In this document: piece after piece, positions 1 to 8,772 of the stretch
Layout of the letters: each line of letters begins with the position of its first letter
Position numbering within the stretch: position 1 is the first letter of the stretch
NCBI GenBank assembly: GCA_035531655.1
Contig: DATKSM010000047.1
Coordinates: forward strand, 20,616 to 84,615
From: Solirubrobacteraceae bacterium
GTDB taxonomy: Bacteria; Actinomycetota; Thermoleophilia; Solirubrobacterales; Solirubrobacteraceae
Length of the DNA: 64,000 bases
Direction of reading: 5' to 3'
Program-made: the position numbers and the translations under genes
The notes under the pieces: generated by a model
The model's input: the letters and a program-made list of their open reading frames with translations, nothing else
Database searches by the model: none
What the model was told of the DNA's origin: nothing

Positions 1-171
1 CCACATCAGCCCGTGCGAGAGCCCGAGGATGAAGGTCGCGGGCTCGGGCTTGTGGAGCGCGAAAGCGCAGACCAGCAGGGATAGATACACGCACGAGTGA
101 AAGCAGGAGACGAACTCGAGCCGCCGGAAGGTGACAACGCGCGTGAACGTTGCTTGCTCGTTCTGACTCAC
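1..171 (-). CDS. Small membrane protein, runs off window edge (DUF3817-like)
   Basis: Manual translation from GTG at 171: MSQNEQATFTRVVTFRRLEFVSCFHSCVYLSLLVCAFALHKPEPATFILGLSHGLMW; hydrophobic, GxxHG motif. Confidence 0.55.
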   Translation of the reverse strand, partial: MSQNEQATFTRVVTFRRLEFVSCFHSCVYLSLLVCAFALHKPEPATFILGLSHGLMW

Positions 172-200
172 CGTGTGCACCGTTTCCGCCGCCGCGCCAA

Positions 201-854
201 TCAGGCGCCGGCGAGCAGCGTGCCCATCTTGCGCAGGGGTGAGTCGGCCTCGGCGGGCCAGCGTTCGACCTCCGCCGGCCACCAGGCGAAGGCGTCGTGT
301 TCGTCGTCGGGTGAGACGAGCGCGCCCGGCGCCAGCCACGCCTGGCCGACGAGCATCACCATCCCGTTCGCGAGCCGGATCAACGCTTCGACCTGGAGTC
401 GCTCGGGGCTCACGCTCCACTCCTCCTCGAGCTCGCGTGCGAGCGTGTCGGTGGGGTTCTCGTCGACCTCGACTGAGCCGCCCGCCCCCAACGCCCAGCG
501 GCCCGCCCACGACGCTACCCAGGCGGCGCGCCGCCCCGCCAGCCAGCTGCCCTCCGAGTCGCGCACAACGCACAGCGCCGAAATGCTGTCGCCGGCGTCG
601 TTGCGGAGCAGGCGCATCGCCCAGCGGATCGGCTGCAGCTCGAGCCGCAGGCCGTCCGGCTTCTGCTCGAAGCTGACCATCCGCGCGGCGAGCCCGTCGT
701 AGCTCGGCGAGCCGCGATCGCGCAGCCTGCCGAGCAGACGATCGGCCTCGGCTGTGGCATCGGCGCCGGGCTCGAACGCCTCAGGCCGCCAGGCAATCTC
801 GATGTCGCCCGGATTCCAGGGTCCGCGAGCCAGTATCTCCGCTGAGAGGGCCAC
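201..854 (-). CDS. NUDIX hydrolase
   Basis: Nudix box GGSVEVDENPTDTLARELEEEW; start trimmed to GTG at 854 after the upstream gene's stop. Confidence 0.85.
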   Translation of the reverse strand: MALSAEILARGPWNPGDIEIAWRPEAFEPGADATAEADRLLGRLRDRGSPSYDGLAARMVSFEQKPDGLRLELQPIRWAMRLLRNDAGDSISALCVVRDSEGSWLAGRRAAWVASWAGRWALGAGGSVEVDENPTDTLARELEEEWSVSPERLQVEALIRLANGMVMLVGQAWLAPGALVSPDDEHDAFAWWPAEVERWPAEADSPLRKMGTLLAGA

Positions 855-868
855 TCCGACTGGCGCCG

Positions 869-2491
869 TCAGGCCTTCTTGTGCGCCGGGCACCACGGAT
901 TGGCGGGGACGCCCTTGCACGGGTTCGGCATCGTCGGCAGCTTGGGCAGTGGGTGCATCACGATCTTCGTCGCCCTCGGGTAATGGTCGGTCACGGCGCA
1001 GCCGACACCGGCGCCGAGCGCCTCGGTGTCGCAGGCCGCCTCCAGCAGGAACTGCTGGTTGCCGTCGCCCTTGCTGGTGCTGGATGTGACCGTGCCGCAC
1101 TGGGCGTTGGTGTTCTGCAGGTTGGCGGGCGAGCTCGTGAACGTTCCGTCGGCGTCGGAGTTGCCGTAGTAACAGTTGATCGGCTCGCCGCCCAGAAGCG
1201 TCAACTCGGCCGCGTCGCCGTTGGTTGGGTTGCCGAAGAAGCCGTCGTGGCTGAAGGTGTTGCCGACCAGCACGTTGCCCCAGTCGTCGTACATGCAGTT
1301 GATCGTCTCGAAGCCCAGCAGGTTGTAGTCGACCGTGCCGCCCGCGCAATTCATGCCGGCCTTGATCACGTTGGCCGGGGCGGTGCCCGTGTCCGGATAG
1401 GGCTCGAACACGACACCCCAGGCGCCGTTGTCATGGAAGTCGTTATCCATGATCGTGTCGAAGCGGCCCTCGATCGAGACGCCCGTCCCGACCGGACCGG
1501 CGGCTGCGGCGCCCGACGCGGGGACGTTCGGGTTGTTGTTGTCGTAGACGTCGTTCTTGTAGAAGATCCAGCAGGTCGGCGCGCCCGGGATCTGCGGCTT
1601 CACGCCGGCGGGGCATGCACCGTCCTGCGGCGACGGCCAGTCGCTGTTGTTCTGGGAGTTGGTGTCGAAGCCGTCCTGGTTGTTGTCGAACTTGTTGTGC
1701 TCGATCAGCATCGAGCCGCCCGCGTTGGTGCCCGAGAAGCCGAGCGCGTTGTACTCCGCTTGGCTGTTCTCGAGCGTCTGGTTGCACTGCGTGTTGCAGC
1801 CGCCGATGTAGAAGCCGGAGTCGTTGAAGTTGGAGGCGTAGTCGTGATCGAAGATGCCACCGTTGAAGTCGCTCGAGAAAACGCCGTACGTGGCCGCCGT
1901 CTTCTCGCCGTTGAAGAACGTCGAGGTCGCGGTCAGGTACGAGCCGACGAAGTCCCTGCCGTGGATGTGCCCGCCACCGGCGCCGCCGTTCCACCAGATC
2001 TCATTGCCGGTGTCGCCACTGCCGCTCGTGAAGTTGCATGTCGTCAGGTTTTGGACCCAGACGTTGTCGGCCTCCCACACCTCGATGCCGTTGAGGCCGG
2101 CTTTGCCGCCTTTGTACTTCGGCCCGTAGTTCTGAGCCGAGGGCTTCTTGCTGCAGACGGGCGTGCCGGGCTTGGTGCCGTCGATGATCACCTTATTGCG
2201 GTTCATGCCGCGCACGAACACCCGCGGCTTGTCGAGCAGGATCGCGGCCGGGACGTTCGCGTGCCCCTTGGGCGCACGGCTCGAGTTCGTCTTGTAGTCA
2301 CCGGGACCGAGGAGGATCCAGTCGCCGGGCCTGGCGGCGTTGGCCGCCACCTGGATCGTCGTGTACTGCCCGTGGACGCCCTTATAGGTGCCAACGCGCA
2401 GCACCTTGGCGGCTGCGCTGCCCGCGCACGCGGCCAGATACACCACAAACACTCCCACGACCACAAGAGAGAACCTCGAGACCTGACGCAT
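869..2491 (-). CDS. Secreted right-handed parallel beta-helix protein (pectin lyase/NosD-like fold)
   Basis: Signal peptide (..AGSAAAK); YTTIQVAANAARPGDWILLGPGDY cap motif; Asn/Gly-rich ladder repeats (NDSGFYIG, NALGFSGTN). Confidence 0.8.
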   Translation of the reverse strand: MRQVSRFSLVVVGVFVVYLAACAGSAAAKVLRVGTYKGVHGQYTTIQVAANAARPGDWILLGPGDYKTNSSRAPKGHANVPAAILLDKPRVFVRGMNRNKVIIDGTKPGTPVCSKKPSAQNYGPKYKGGKAGLNGIEVWEADNVWVQNLTTCNFTSGSGDTGNEIWWNGGAGGGHIHGRDFVGSYLTATSTFFNGEKTAATYGVFSSDFNGGIFDHDYASNFNDSGFYIGGCNTQCNQTLENSQAEYNALGFSGTNAGGSMLIEHNKFDNNQDGFDTNSQNNSDWPSPQDGACPAGVKPQIPGAPTCWIFYKNDVYDNNNPNVPASGAAAAGPVGTGVSIEGRFDTIMDNDFHDNGAWGVVFEPYPDTGTAPANVIKAGMNCAGGTVDYNLLGFETINCMYDDWGNVLVGNTFSHDGFFGNPTNGDAAELTLLGGEPINCYYGNSDADGTFTSSPANLQNTNAQCGTVTSSTSKGDGNQQFLLEAACDTEALGAGVGCAVTDHYPRATKIVMHPLPKLPTMPNPCKGVPANPWCPAHKKA

Positions 2492-2502
2492 GCTCACGCT
2501 CC

Positions 2503-2958
2503 TTACTTGATGATCATGCCCGTCGGCCCGAGCGCATACCACGGCCCGCCGAACTGCTTGATCCCGATGTTGATGACCGAGCTTTGCACGCTGTAGGCGA
2601 ACTTGTAGCTGTGCAGAGGCCAGCCTGCGTAGGTGACCTCACGCACCTTGCCCGCGTACCGGATCGTCTTCAGCAGCTTGGGTTCGAGTCCGGCGCCGGC
2701 CACCGGTTTCCCGCTCGTGGTGACCGCCGGCCAGTCGGCCGCGCAGGTCTTGATCTTCTCGCAGCGGGCGATGCTGTGCCCGCCCTTGGAGAAGATGAAC
2801 AGCGCGTATCCGCGCGCGTCGGTGATCACCGACCCCGCGAGGGTCTTGCTGACCTTGATCTTCGCGACGCCCGCCTGGGCCACGCCGGTCCCCAGAAGAC
2901 CGAAGGCGAATGCGGTGGCGAGCAACGCGCACAAGCTCTTGCGCCTCCGTCCGTGCAT
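2503..2958 (-). CDS. Secreted protein, COG4315/Lipoprotein_15 repeat type
   Basis: Signal peptide; DARGYALFIF..C..WP and VTYAGWPLH motifs. Confidence 0.75.
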   Translation of the reverse strand: MHGRRRKSLCALLATAFAFGLLGTGVAQAGVAKIKVSKTLAGSVITDARGYALFIFSKGGHSIARCEKIKTCAADWPAVTTSGKPVAGAGLEPKLLKTIRYAGKVREVTYAGWPLHSYKFAYSVQSSVINIGIKQFGGPWYALGPTGMIIK

Positions 2959-2988
2959 GGATTCGGGTAGCTTAGCCGCCCACCTGGC

Positions 2989-3219
2989 ATGAGTGACGAG
3001 CACGCCTGGAGCCGGTGGCTGCACCATGACCAGTACGGCAACCCGCTGGCGCCGAGGTACGACCGGCTCCTGTTCTTCAACGTCAGGAGCCGTCCAACGC
3101 CCACCTTTGCGCGCCTGTTGGAGTCCCGGCTGCTGACGCTCGAACGCCGCTTCCGTTGGGGCCCGGGTGGGCTGCTGTTCACAGTCAGCTACGGCCCCGA
3201 GTACACCCTCGAGCAGTAG
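2989..3219 (+). pseudogene. Short fragment resembling the N-terminal part of a Tat-exported Dyp-peroxidase-related family
   Basis: HAW..L..D.YGN...PR...LL.......LE....W...GLLFTV.Y.P.Y pattern recalled from much longer proteins; only 76 aa, no signal peptide. Confidence 0.45.
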
Positions 3220-3261
3220 CAGGGCCGCCAGGCCAGCTAGTGCCGCTGGATTGGTGCCGGG

Positions 3262-3819
3262 TCACCCGCAGATCAGACCGGTGGCTGACCGCCACAGCAC
3301 CTTTACTCGCCCGCCCGCTGTTAGTTCGGCCCGTATGTTGCCGCAGCCGTGCTTGTGAGGCGCGTAGTAATTGGCGCGGAAGAGGACAGCGCCAGATGCG
3401 GTGACAGTGAGCGCATTGATCGCCGCTAGGCCTGGGCTGCCGGGGAACAGTTGATCGAGCCGACGTTGGCTAACGAGGGTCTTCAGTGCTGACGCGGTGA
3501 CCTGGACGATCGCATCGTTATGCGCGGCGACAACCTCCCCAGTGGTCGATCGCGCCCTCAGATCCGGCTCGCTGATCGAGTCGCGATAGCCCGAATAACT
3601 GCCGTTAGTACGCAGCACAACAAGTTCCGCAAGGTGGGCATACTTGGTGCCTCCGGCGCCGCTGCCGCAGGCATAGGCGGTGAACCCGATTCCGGTCACG
3701 CCGGAGCCGCAGTCGGCTGCGAGAGGCGCCGGAAGTCGTGCCTTGGCGCCTGCGTCGGCGGGCCCAGCGGCGGCTGCGAGGAGCAGAACGGCCAGCGCAA
3801 GGAGTCGAAAGGCTGCCAT
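3262..3819 (-). CDS. Secreted hypothetical protein
   Basis: Clear signal peptide MAAFRLLALAVLLLAAAAGPADA; 4 Cys. Confidence 0.6.
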   Translation of the reverse strand: MAAFRLLALAVLLLAAAAGPADAGAKARLPAPLAADCGSGVTGIGFTAYACGSGAGGTKYAHLAELVVLRTNGSYSGYRDSISEPDLRARSTTGEVVAAHNDAIVQVTASALKTLVSQRRLDQLFPGSPGLAAINALTVTASGAVLFRANYYAPHKHGCGNIRAELTAGGRVKVLWRSATGLICG

Positions 3820-5986
3820 CTCGCGCGATCATCCCGCGTTGTTCCGACACACGCAAACGGCCCTTCCACGAAGGCAGCCTGATCGCTTGATCGAAACCGC
3901 TCGCGACGCGGTGCCGAAAGTGGCGATTGCGTTGCCGGACGGTCTCGAACATGTGCCCGGCCGAATCCGCGGCGACGCACGCCTCCGGCGAGCTGCATGC
4001 GATCGCCAAGAGCGAGCTCGCGCCACGAACGGCTTCGACCGTCCATCGATGACGGGTAACGGGGTCACCGAGTGCCGCATCGCCGGCTGCGGTTACGGCG
4101 ACGCACGAACGCTGGGACGGGCAAGCGATACCGGTCAGCCTGGTTGTGCTGATCCGCTGCGAAACGAGACGCCGGTCGCGTTGCGGATCGAAAGTGATCT
4201 CGCGGCCAAACCGATCGACTGCACTGCATTGCCGTGCGGTGGGGCAGGCGACCGATGTCAGCGTTCTGGTCTTGTCGATCTGCCGCTTTGTGATCAACGA
4301 CCCCGTCTCCGGTACGAACGTGACCTCGACTCCGCTCTTGCCGACGGCTGTGCATTGTTTCGCTGAGGGGCAACCAATACTGGTGAGAGCCGTATTGCTC
4401 TCGAGCTGAACCGAACGTGCTCGCGGACGGATCGGGTCAAAGGTCACCTCGCGTCCCCGCTTGTCGACCACGGTGCACTCGCGCGCGCTCGGACAAGCCA
4501 GCCCACCGACTGTGGTCTTGTCGATCTTGATCCCGGAGGACCCAAACGCATATCGGCGCGGCGGCTTGTATGGGTTGAATGTCGTCTCGGCGGTGTTGGG
4601 GGTCGTCGAGCAGCCTCCGCACACGGGGGTCTGGGTCGCGACGACTGTGCACTGTGTGCGCGTGGGGCAGGCGATGCCCTTGGCGGTGCCGCTCAGCAGG
4701 CCGGTCGCGTCGAGGTGGGTTTGCGAGCGCGAATCGAACAGTGCCGCGAGACTGGTGGTCTCGGGGACATAAGCAAATTGTGTGTTCGCGACGCCGACGC
4801 ATTCTCCAGGCGCCGGACAGGCGACGGCGGCGATCGGTCCGCCATCGTCGATCGGGACCGGTACCGGCGTCCCCGGGGACAGAGGCGCGAACGTGATCGC
4901 GTCTGAGTCGTTCCAGGTCGCCAGCACGCACTCATCGGCAGATGGGCATGCGATTCGCGCGCCGTTGAAGCCCTTCGGGTAATCGCCCAGAGGATCAACC
5001 GCCGCCTGTTCGAGCACCCCGGAGCCGTTGGGGTCAAAGCTCACCTCCGCTCCGCTGGCATCCATCGCCGTGCACACCGACGCGGAGGCGCAGGAGAGGG
5101 CGACGTTCCCAACCTCGCCTCGAACCACTGCCGGCCCCGCAGTGGACGACGTCGGATCGAAGGTCACGGTCGCCGTCCCATTACCGGCTAACTGTCCACC
5201 GACCACCGACAACGAGGAACCGGCACCAATGCACTCGCTCATCGTCGGGCAAACCAGCTGTGTGAGTGACACCGAGCTGGGCACGGCGATCGTCGCCACC
5301 GCCGCGAGGGATCGCGGGTCGAACGTGATCAGGGTTTGGGTCGGTGACCGCGGTGCGGTCCCGGTACCGGTGTCGCTGAGGACGCTGCACTGCGTGCTTG
5401 CTGGGCATGCCACCAGATGCTGGCCACCGAGTGTCTGTTCCGCGCTGAAGGGAGCGATCCGAGCATCGGGCGGGCCGACGGGCGAAAAGCCGATGACATG
5501 CCCCTGCTGGTCCACCGCGATACAGAGACCCGTCGAAGCGCAGGACACGGCAGCCAGTGCGTTACCCGGCGCCGGCACTTGCAGGGGGCCCCGACTGATC
5601 ACGTACCGACGCGAGGCGGACCCGGCCTGTTCTGGATCAAATGTGATCGCAGCACCTTGCCCGTCCACGGCAACACACTCTGACGCGGCCGGGCAGGCCA
5701 CACCAGTCAGGGCGCGAGTCCGATCGATTGCATACGCCGACCAGGCGCTCGGATCAGCCGGATCGAACGAGACCTCGCGCCCAGCAGAATCGACCGCCAC
5801 GCACAGCGTCGACGTCGGACACGCCAGATCGACAAGACCCGAGTCCGCCCCCGCGTTGAGAAACACCGGAGCGGACCACACCAACGCAGCACTCGCACTG
5901 GCCGGGGCAAGCCACAACACTCCCGCAGCCAGGACACCCAACAACCACGCCGGCCGACCACGGCAAAGAGCCCCATTCCCCCTCAT
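3605..5986 (-). CDS. Secreted Cys-repeat protein, probable double 7-blade beta-propeller
   Basis: Signal peptide; 14 repeats of [VIL]xC[PAS]xxxxCxx..(G)..F[DSA]P; last ~120 aa look non-coding and overlap the next gene. Confidence 0.8.
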   Translation of the reverse strand: MRGNGALCRGRPAWLLGVLAAGVLWLAPASASAALVWSAPVFLNAGADSGLVDLACPTSTLCVAVDSAGREVSFDPADPSAWSAYAIDRTRALTGVACPAASECVAVDGQGAAITFDPEQAGSASRRYVISRGPLQVPAPGNALAAVSCASTGLCIAVDQQGHVIGFSPVGPPDARIAPFSAEQTLGGQHLVACPASTQCSVLSDTGTGTAPRSPTQTLITFDPRSLAAVATIAVPSSVSLTQLVCPTMSECIGAGSSLSVVGGQLAGNGTATVTFDPTSSTAGPAVVRGEVGNVALSCASASVCTAMDASGAEVSFDPNGSGVLEQAAVDPLGDYPKGFNGARIACPSADECVLATWNDSDAITFAPLSPGTPVPVPIDDGGPIAAVACPAPGECVGVANTQFAYVPETTSLAALFDSRSQTHLDATGLLSGTAKGIACPTRTQCTVVATQTPVCGGCSTTPNTAETTFNPYKPPRRYAFGSSGIKIDKTTVGGLACPSARECTVVDKRGREVTFDPIRPRARSVQLESNTALTSIGCPSAKQCTAVGKSGVEVTFVPETGSLITKRQIDKTRTLTSVACPTARQCSAVDRFGREITFDPQRDRRLVSQRISTTRLTGIACPSQRSCVAVTAAGDAALGDPVTRHRWTVEAVRGASSLLAIACSSPEACVAADSAGHMFETVRQRNRHFRHRVASGFDQAIRLPSWKGRLRVSEQRGMIARDGSLSTPCAGRSAPRSRRWARRRRRQGTTSGASRSRLRLRRDRNRVHRLCLRQRRRRHQVCPPCGTCCAAY

Positions 5987-6061
5987 GGCCAGGCACCGTA
6001 CTTCACCCAGTCACAGGGTCCCGCCAGGTGAGTCCCGGTTTGCTCGGCCCGCAGAGGAACG

Positions 6062-6421
6062 TCAGAAGGGCGGCCGCAGTGGCGGCGGGTACTCCTGGTC
6101 ACCGCCGCCGGGACGAACGACCTCAAGCTCGCGCGCTTCCTGGGCGACGGCGTCTGTGAGTTCTTCCTCGGCCTCCTCCTGCTCGGCGTCATGGTCGCCG
6201 TCGCAGAGCACGCGAAACGCGCCAGTGACACCGCCGTCAGACTGCAGGACGATGCCGGGGAGAATCTGCTCGCCCTCCTCGAGACCGAGGCGCTCGATGT
6301 CGAAATGCGACATCCCGATGCCCCAACTGTGATGGCCGGGGTTCTCGCGGTCGTGGGCTGCAACGCCCTGCGCGAGCCGCTCCAGCAGGTATGCGATCTT
6401 GCTGCGTCCCTCTGTGGCCAT
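6062..6421 (-). CDS. Small acidic hypothetical protein
   Basis: 119 aa ORF with typical codon usage and Glu-rich C-terminus. Confidence 0.7.
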   Translation of the reverse strand: MATEGRSKIAYLLERLAQGVAAHDRENPGHHSWGIGMSHFDIERLGLEEGEQILPGIVLQSDGGVTGAFRVLCDGDHDAEQEEAEEELTDAVAQEARELEVVRPGGGDQEYPPPLRPPF

Positions 6422-6532
6422 ATGCAACTAAAGCTAGCTCACCCAGGGGCTTCCCCGTCCATTCGGCTTTGATAGCGCGCCAATTGACGAACCGCAAGAG
6501 GGCTGATCGTGGAGGGGTTACGCTCTTACTCA

Positions 6533-7309
6533 GTGATCATCGAGCGATCAATGAATGCAACGTGGCTGTCCAACACCTATCTGGTGATGGACGACGACGG
6601 GCAAACAGCGGTGATGATCGACGCCGGCGGACCAGTCGAGCCGCTGCTCGAGCTGCTCAAACGCGAGCGCTTCGCACTGACGTATGTGCTGCTCACGCAC
6701 CACCACCATGACCACGTGGCGGACCTCGAGTCGGTGGTCGCGCGACAACGGCGAGCGCAGGTGCTGATCCATCCGCTCGAGCGCGCGGCCGTGCCCGCTG
6801 CCACCGGCGACCTGATCCCGGGCGAGATCCTGACCACTGGCGGACTCACGATCGAGCCGCTGCACACCCCCGGACACACCGCCGGGATGGTCTCGCTGCT
6901 GGTGAACGGGATCGACCTCTTCAGCGGCGACACGCTCTTCAAGGGCTCGGTGGGCGGCGTGCGCGCCCCCGGCCATACGACCTACGCCGACCTCAAGAGC
7001 TCGGTGATGGACACGCTGCTTACGCTGCCGCCGCAAACGCACATCCATCCGGGACACACCGAACCGACGACAGTGGAAGCCGAGCTCGCCGAGAACCCCT
7101 TCGTGCGGATCTGGAGTGGGCGCGACCCGGAGGGCACCGCGGCGTGCACGGCACTCGGGAAACCAGCGACGCTGATATTGCTCGCAACCGACTACGACGG
7201 CGGCGGCAAAGCGTGGGTCCGCTGGCCAGACGGCAGCGACGACATCGTGCCTGGATCGCAGGTCATTGTCGCGGCCGGCGCCGGGCCGCTGCCCGGCGCC
7301 CCTGGTTAG
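6533..7309 (+). CDS. Metallo-beta-lactamase-fold hydrolase (glyoxalase II-like)
   Basis: THHHHDH, HTPGHT, FSGDTLF, HPGH motifs. Confidence 0.9.
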   Translation: MIIERSMNATWLSNTYLVMDDDGQTAVMIDAGGPVEPLLELLKRERFALTYVLLTHHHHDHVADLESVVARQRRAQVLIHPLERAAVPAATGDLIPGEILTTGGLTIEPLHTPGHTAGMVSLLVNGIDLFSGDTLFKGSVGGVRAPGHTTYADLKSSVMDTLLTLPPQTHIHPGHTEPTTVEAELAENPFVRIWSGRDPEGTAACTALGKPATLILLATDYDGGGKAWVRWPDGSDDIVPGSQVIVAAGAGPLPGAPG

Positions 7310-7335
7310 CGTCCCCGACCGTAGCGGTCTCACGG

Positions 7336-8733
7336 ATGGCCGACGACAGCAAGATCCCCAGGTCGAGAGTCCGGCGTACGGCGATGATCGGCGGGCTCGC
7401 GGCCGGGCAGGCGCTGCGCCAGGCGGGCACGATTGCGGGCAACGTCGCGCGGTCCAAGGAAGGGCGCGAGGCCGCGCTCGAGCGGCGCCACATGGAGGCG
7501 GCCGAGCAGATCGTGACCGCACTCGGCACGATGAAGGGTGCCGCGATGAAAGTCGGGCAGGTGCTGTCCTTCCTGGACACCGGTCTGGTCCCGCCGGAGC
7601 ACCGCGACGAGTTCCAGCGCAAGCTCGCGCGCCTGCGCGACGCGGCGCCGACCGTGACCTTCAAGCAGATGCGCAAGGTGATCGAGCAGGAGCTCGACGA
7701 GCCGCTCGATGAGGCGTTCGAGGAGTTCAACGACGAGCCAATCGCGGCCGCCTCGATCGGGCAGGTCTACCGGGCGCGACTACACGACGGCCGGGACGTG
7801 GCGGTCAAGGTGCAGTACCCCGGAGTCGCCGCGGCCGTGCGCGCCGACCTGCAGAACATCGGGATGATCCTGCGCCTCGCGAAACGGATCGCGCCGGGTC
7901 TCGACCCCAAGACCGTGGGCGAGGAGATCCGGCGGCGGATCGAGGAGGAGCTCGACTACGAGCTCGAGGCCCAGAACCAGCGCGCACTCGCTCGCATCCA
8001 CCGAGGGCACCCGTTCATCTTCGTGCCCGACGTGGTCACGTCCCTGTCGCGCGAGCGCGTGCTGGTGACCGAGTTCGTCGAGGGCACCGGCTTCGAGGAC
8101 GTCAGGGGCTACCCCCAGGCCGACCGTGATCGTGTGGGCGAAATCCTCTTCCGCTTCTACTTCGGCTGCATGTACCGCCACCACCAGTTCTCGGGCGACC
8201 CGCACCCCGGGAACTCGATCCTGCTGGACGACGGGCGCGTCGCATTCTTCGACTTCGGCCTGTTCAAACGGATGCCCGCCGGCTCGGTCGAGATCGAGAT
8301 GGAGGTGGCACGCGCCGTGATCGAGGGCGACAAGGACTCCGTCATGCGGCTCGGCACCGAGGTCGGCTTCTTCCCCGAGCCGGCGAAGTTCGACCCTGAC
8401 CGGGTGCTCGAACATTTCCGCGCCGCCACAGCCTGGTACACGGTCGACCAGGAGATCCAGATCACGCCCGAGTACGCGACCCAGGTCGTGATCGACATGA
8501 GTGACCCGCGCTCCGAGTACTTCGGCCAGCTGCGTCACGAGTCGGCGCCGGCGGACCACATCTTCGGGCGGCGCATGGAGGTGCTGACGCTCGCCGTGAT
8601 CGCACAGCTGCGCGCACGGGGGAACTTCAACCGGATCGCGCGCGAGTGGTATTACGGCGACCCGCCGTCGACGCCGCTGGGCGACCAGGAGGCAGCCTTC
8701 TACGCGGGCGGGCGCAGCGCCACGGCCGGCTGA
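7336..8733 (+). CDS. ABC1/AarF/UbiB family kinase
   Basis: MKGAAMKVGQ, PIAAASIGQVY, AVKVQYPG, DPHPGN, DFG motifs. Confidence 0.92.
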   Translation: MADDSKIPRSRVRRTAMIGGLAAGQALRQAGTIAGNVARSKEGREAALERRHMEAAEQIVTALGTMKGAAMKVGQVLSFLDTGLVPPEHRDEFQRKLARLRDAAPTVTFKQMRKVIEQELDEPLDEAFEEFNDEPIAAASIGQVYRARLHDGRDVAVKVQYPGVAAAVRADLQNIGMILRLAKRIAPGLDPKTVGEEIRRRIEEELDYELEAQNQRALARIHRGHPFIFVPDVVTSLSRERVLVTEFVEGTGFEDVRGYPQADRDRVGEILFRFYFGCMYRHHQFSGDPHPGNSILLDDGRVAFFDFGLFKRMPAGSVEIEMEVARAVIEGDKDSVMRLGTEVGFFPEPAKFDPDRVLEHFRAATAWYTVDQEIQITPEYATQVVIDMSDPRSEYFGQLRHESAPADHIFGRRMEVLTLAVIAQLRARGNFNRIAREWYYGDPPSTPLGDQEAAFYAGGRSATAG

Positions 8734-8772
8734 CGCAGCGCAACGACACGCGGCGCCACGGCCACCGACGCC

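Noticed and set aside
881-2596. Long antisense or alternate-frame ORFs (also 12154-13839, 18373-20409, 34211-35920, 60623-63055 and many Arg/Pro-rich ORFs)
   Set aside because: These are shadow ORFs expected in high-GC DNA; they lie opposite well-supported genes and have no motifs.
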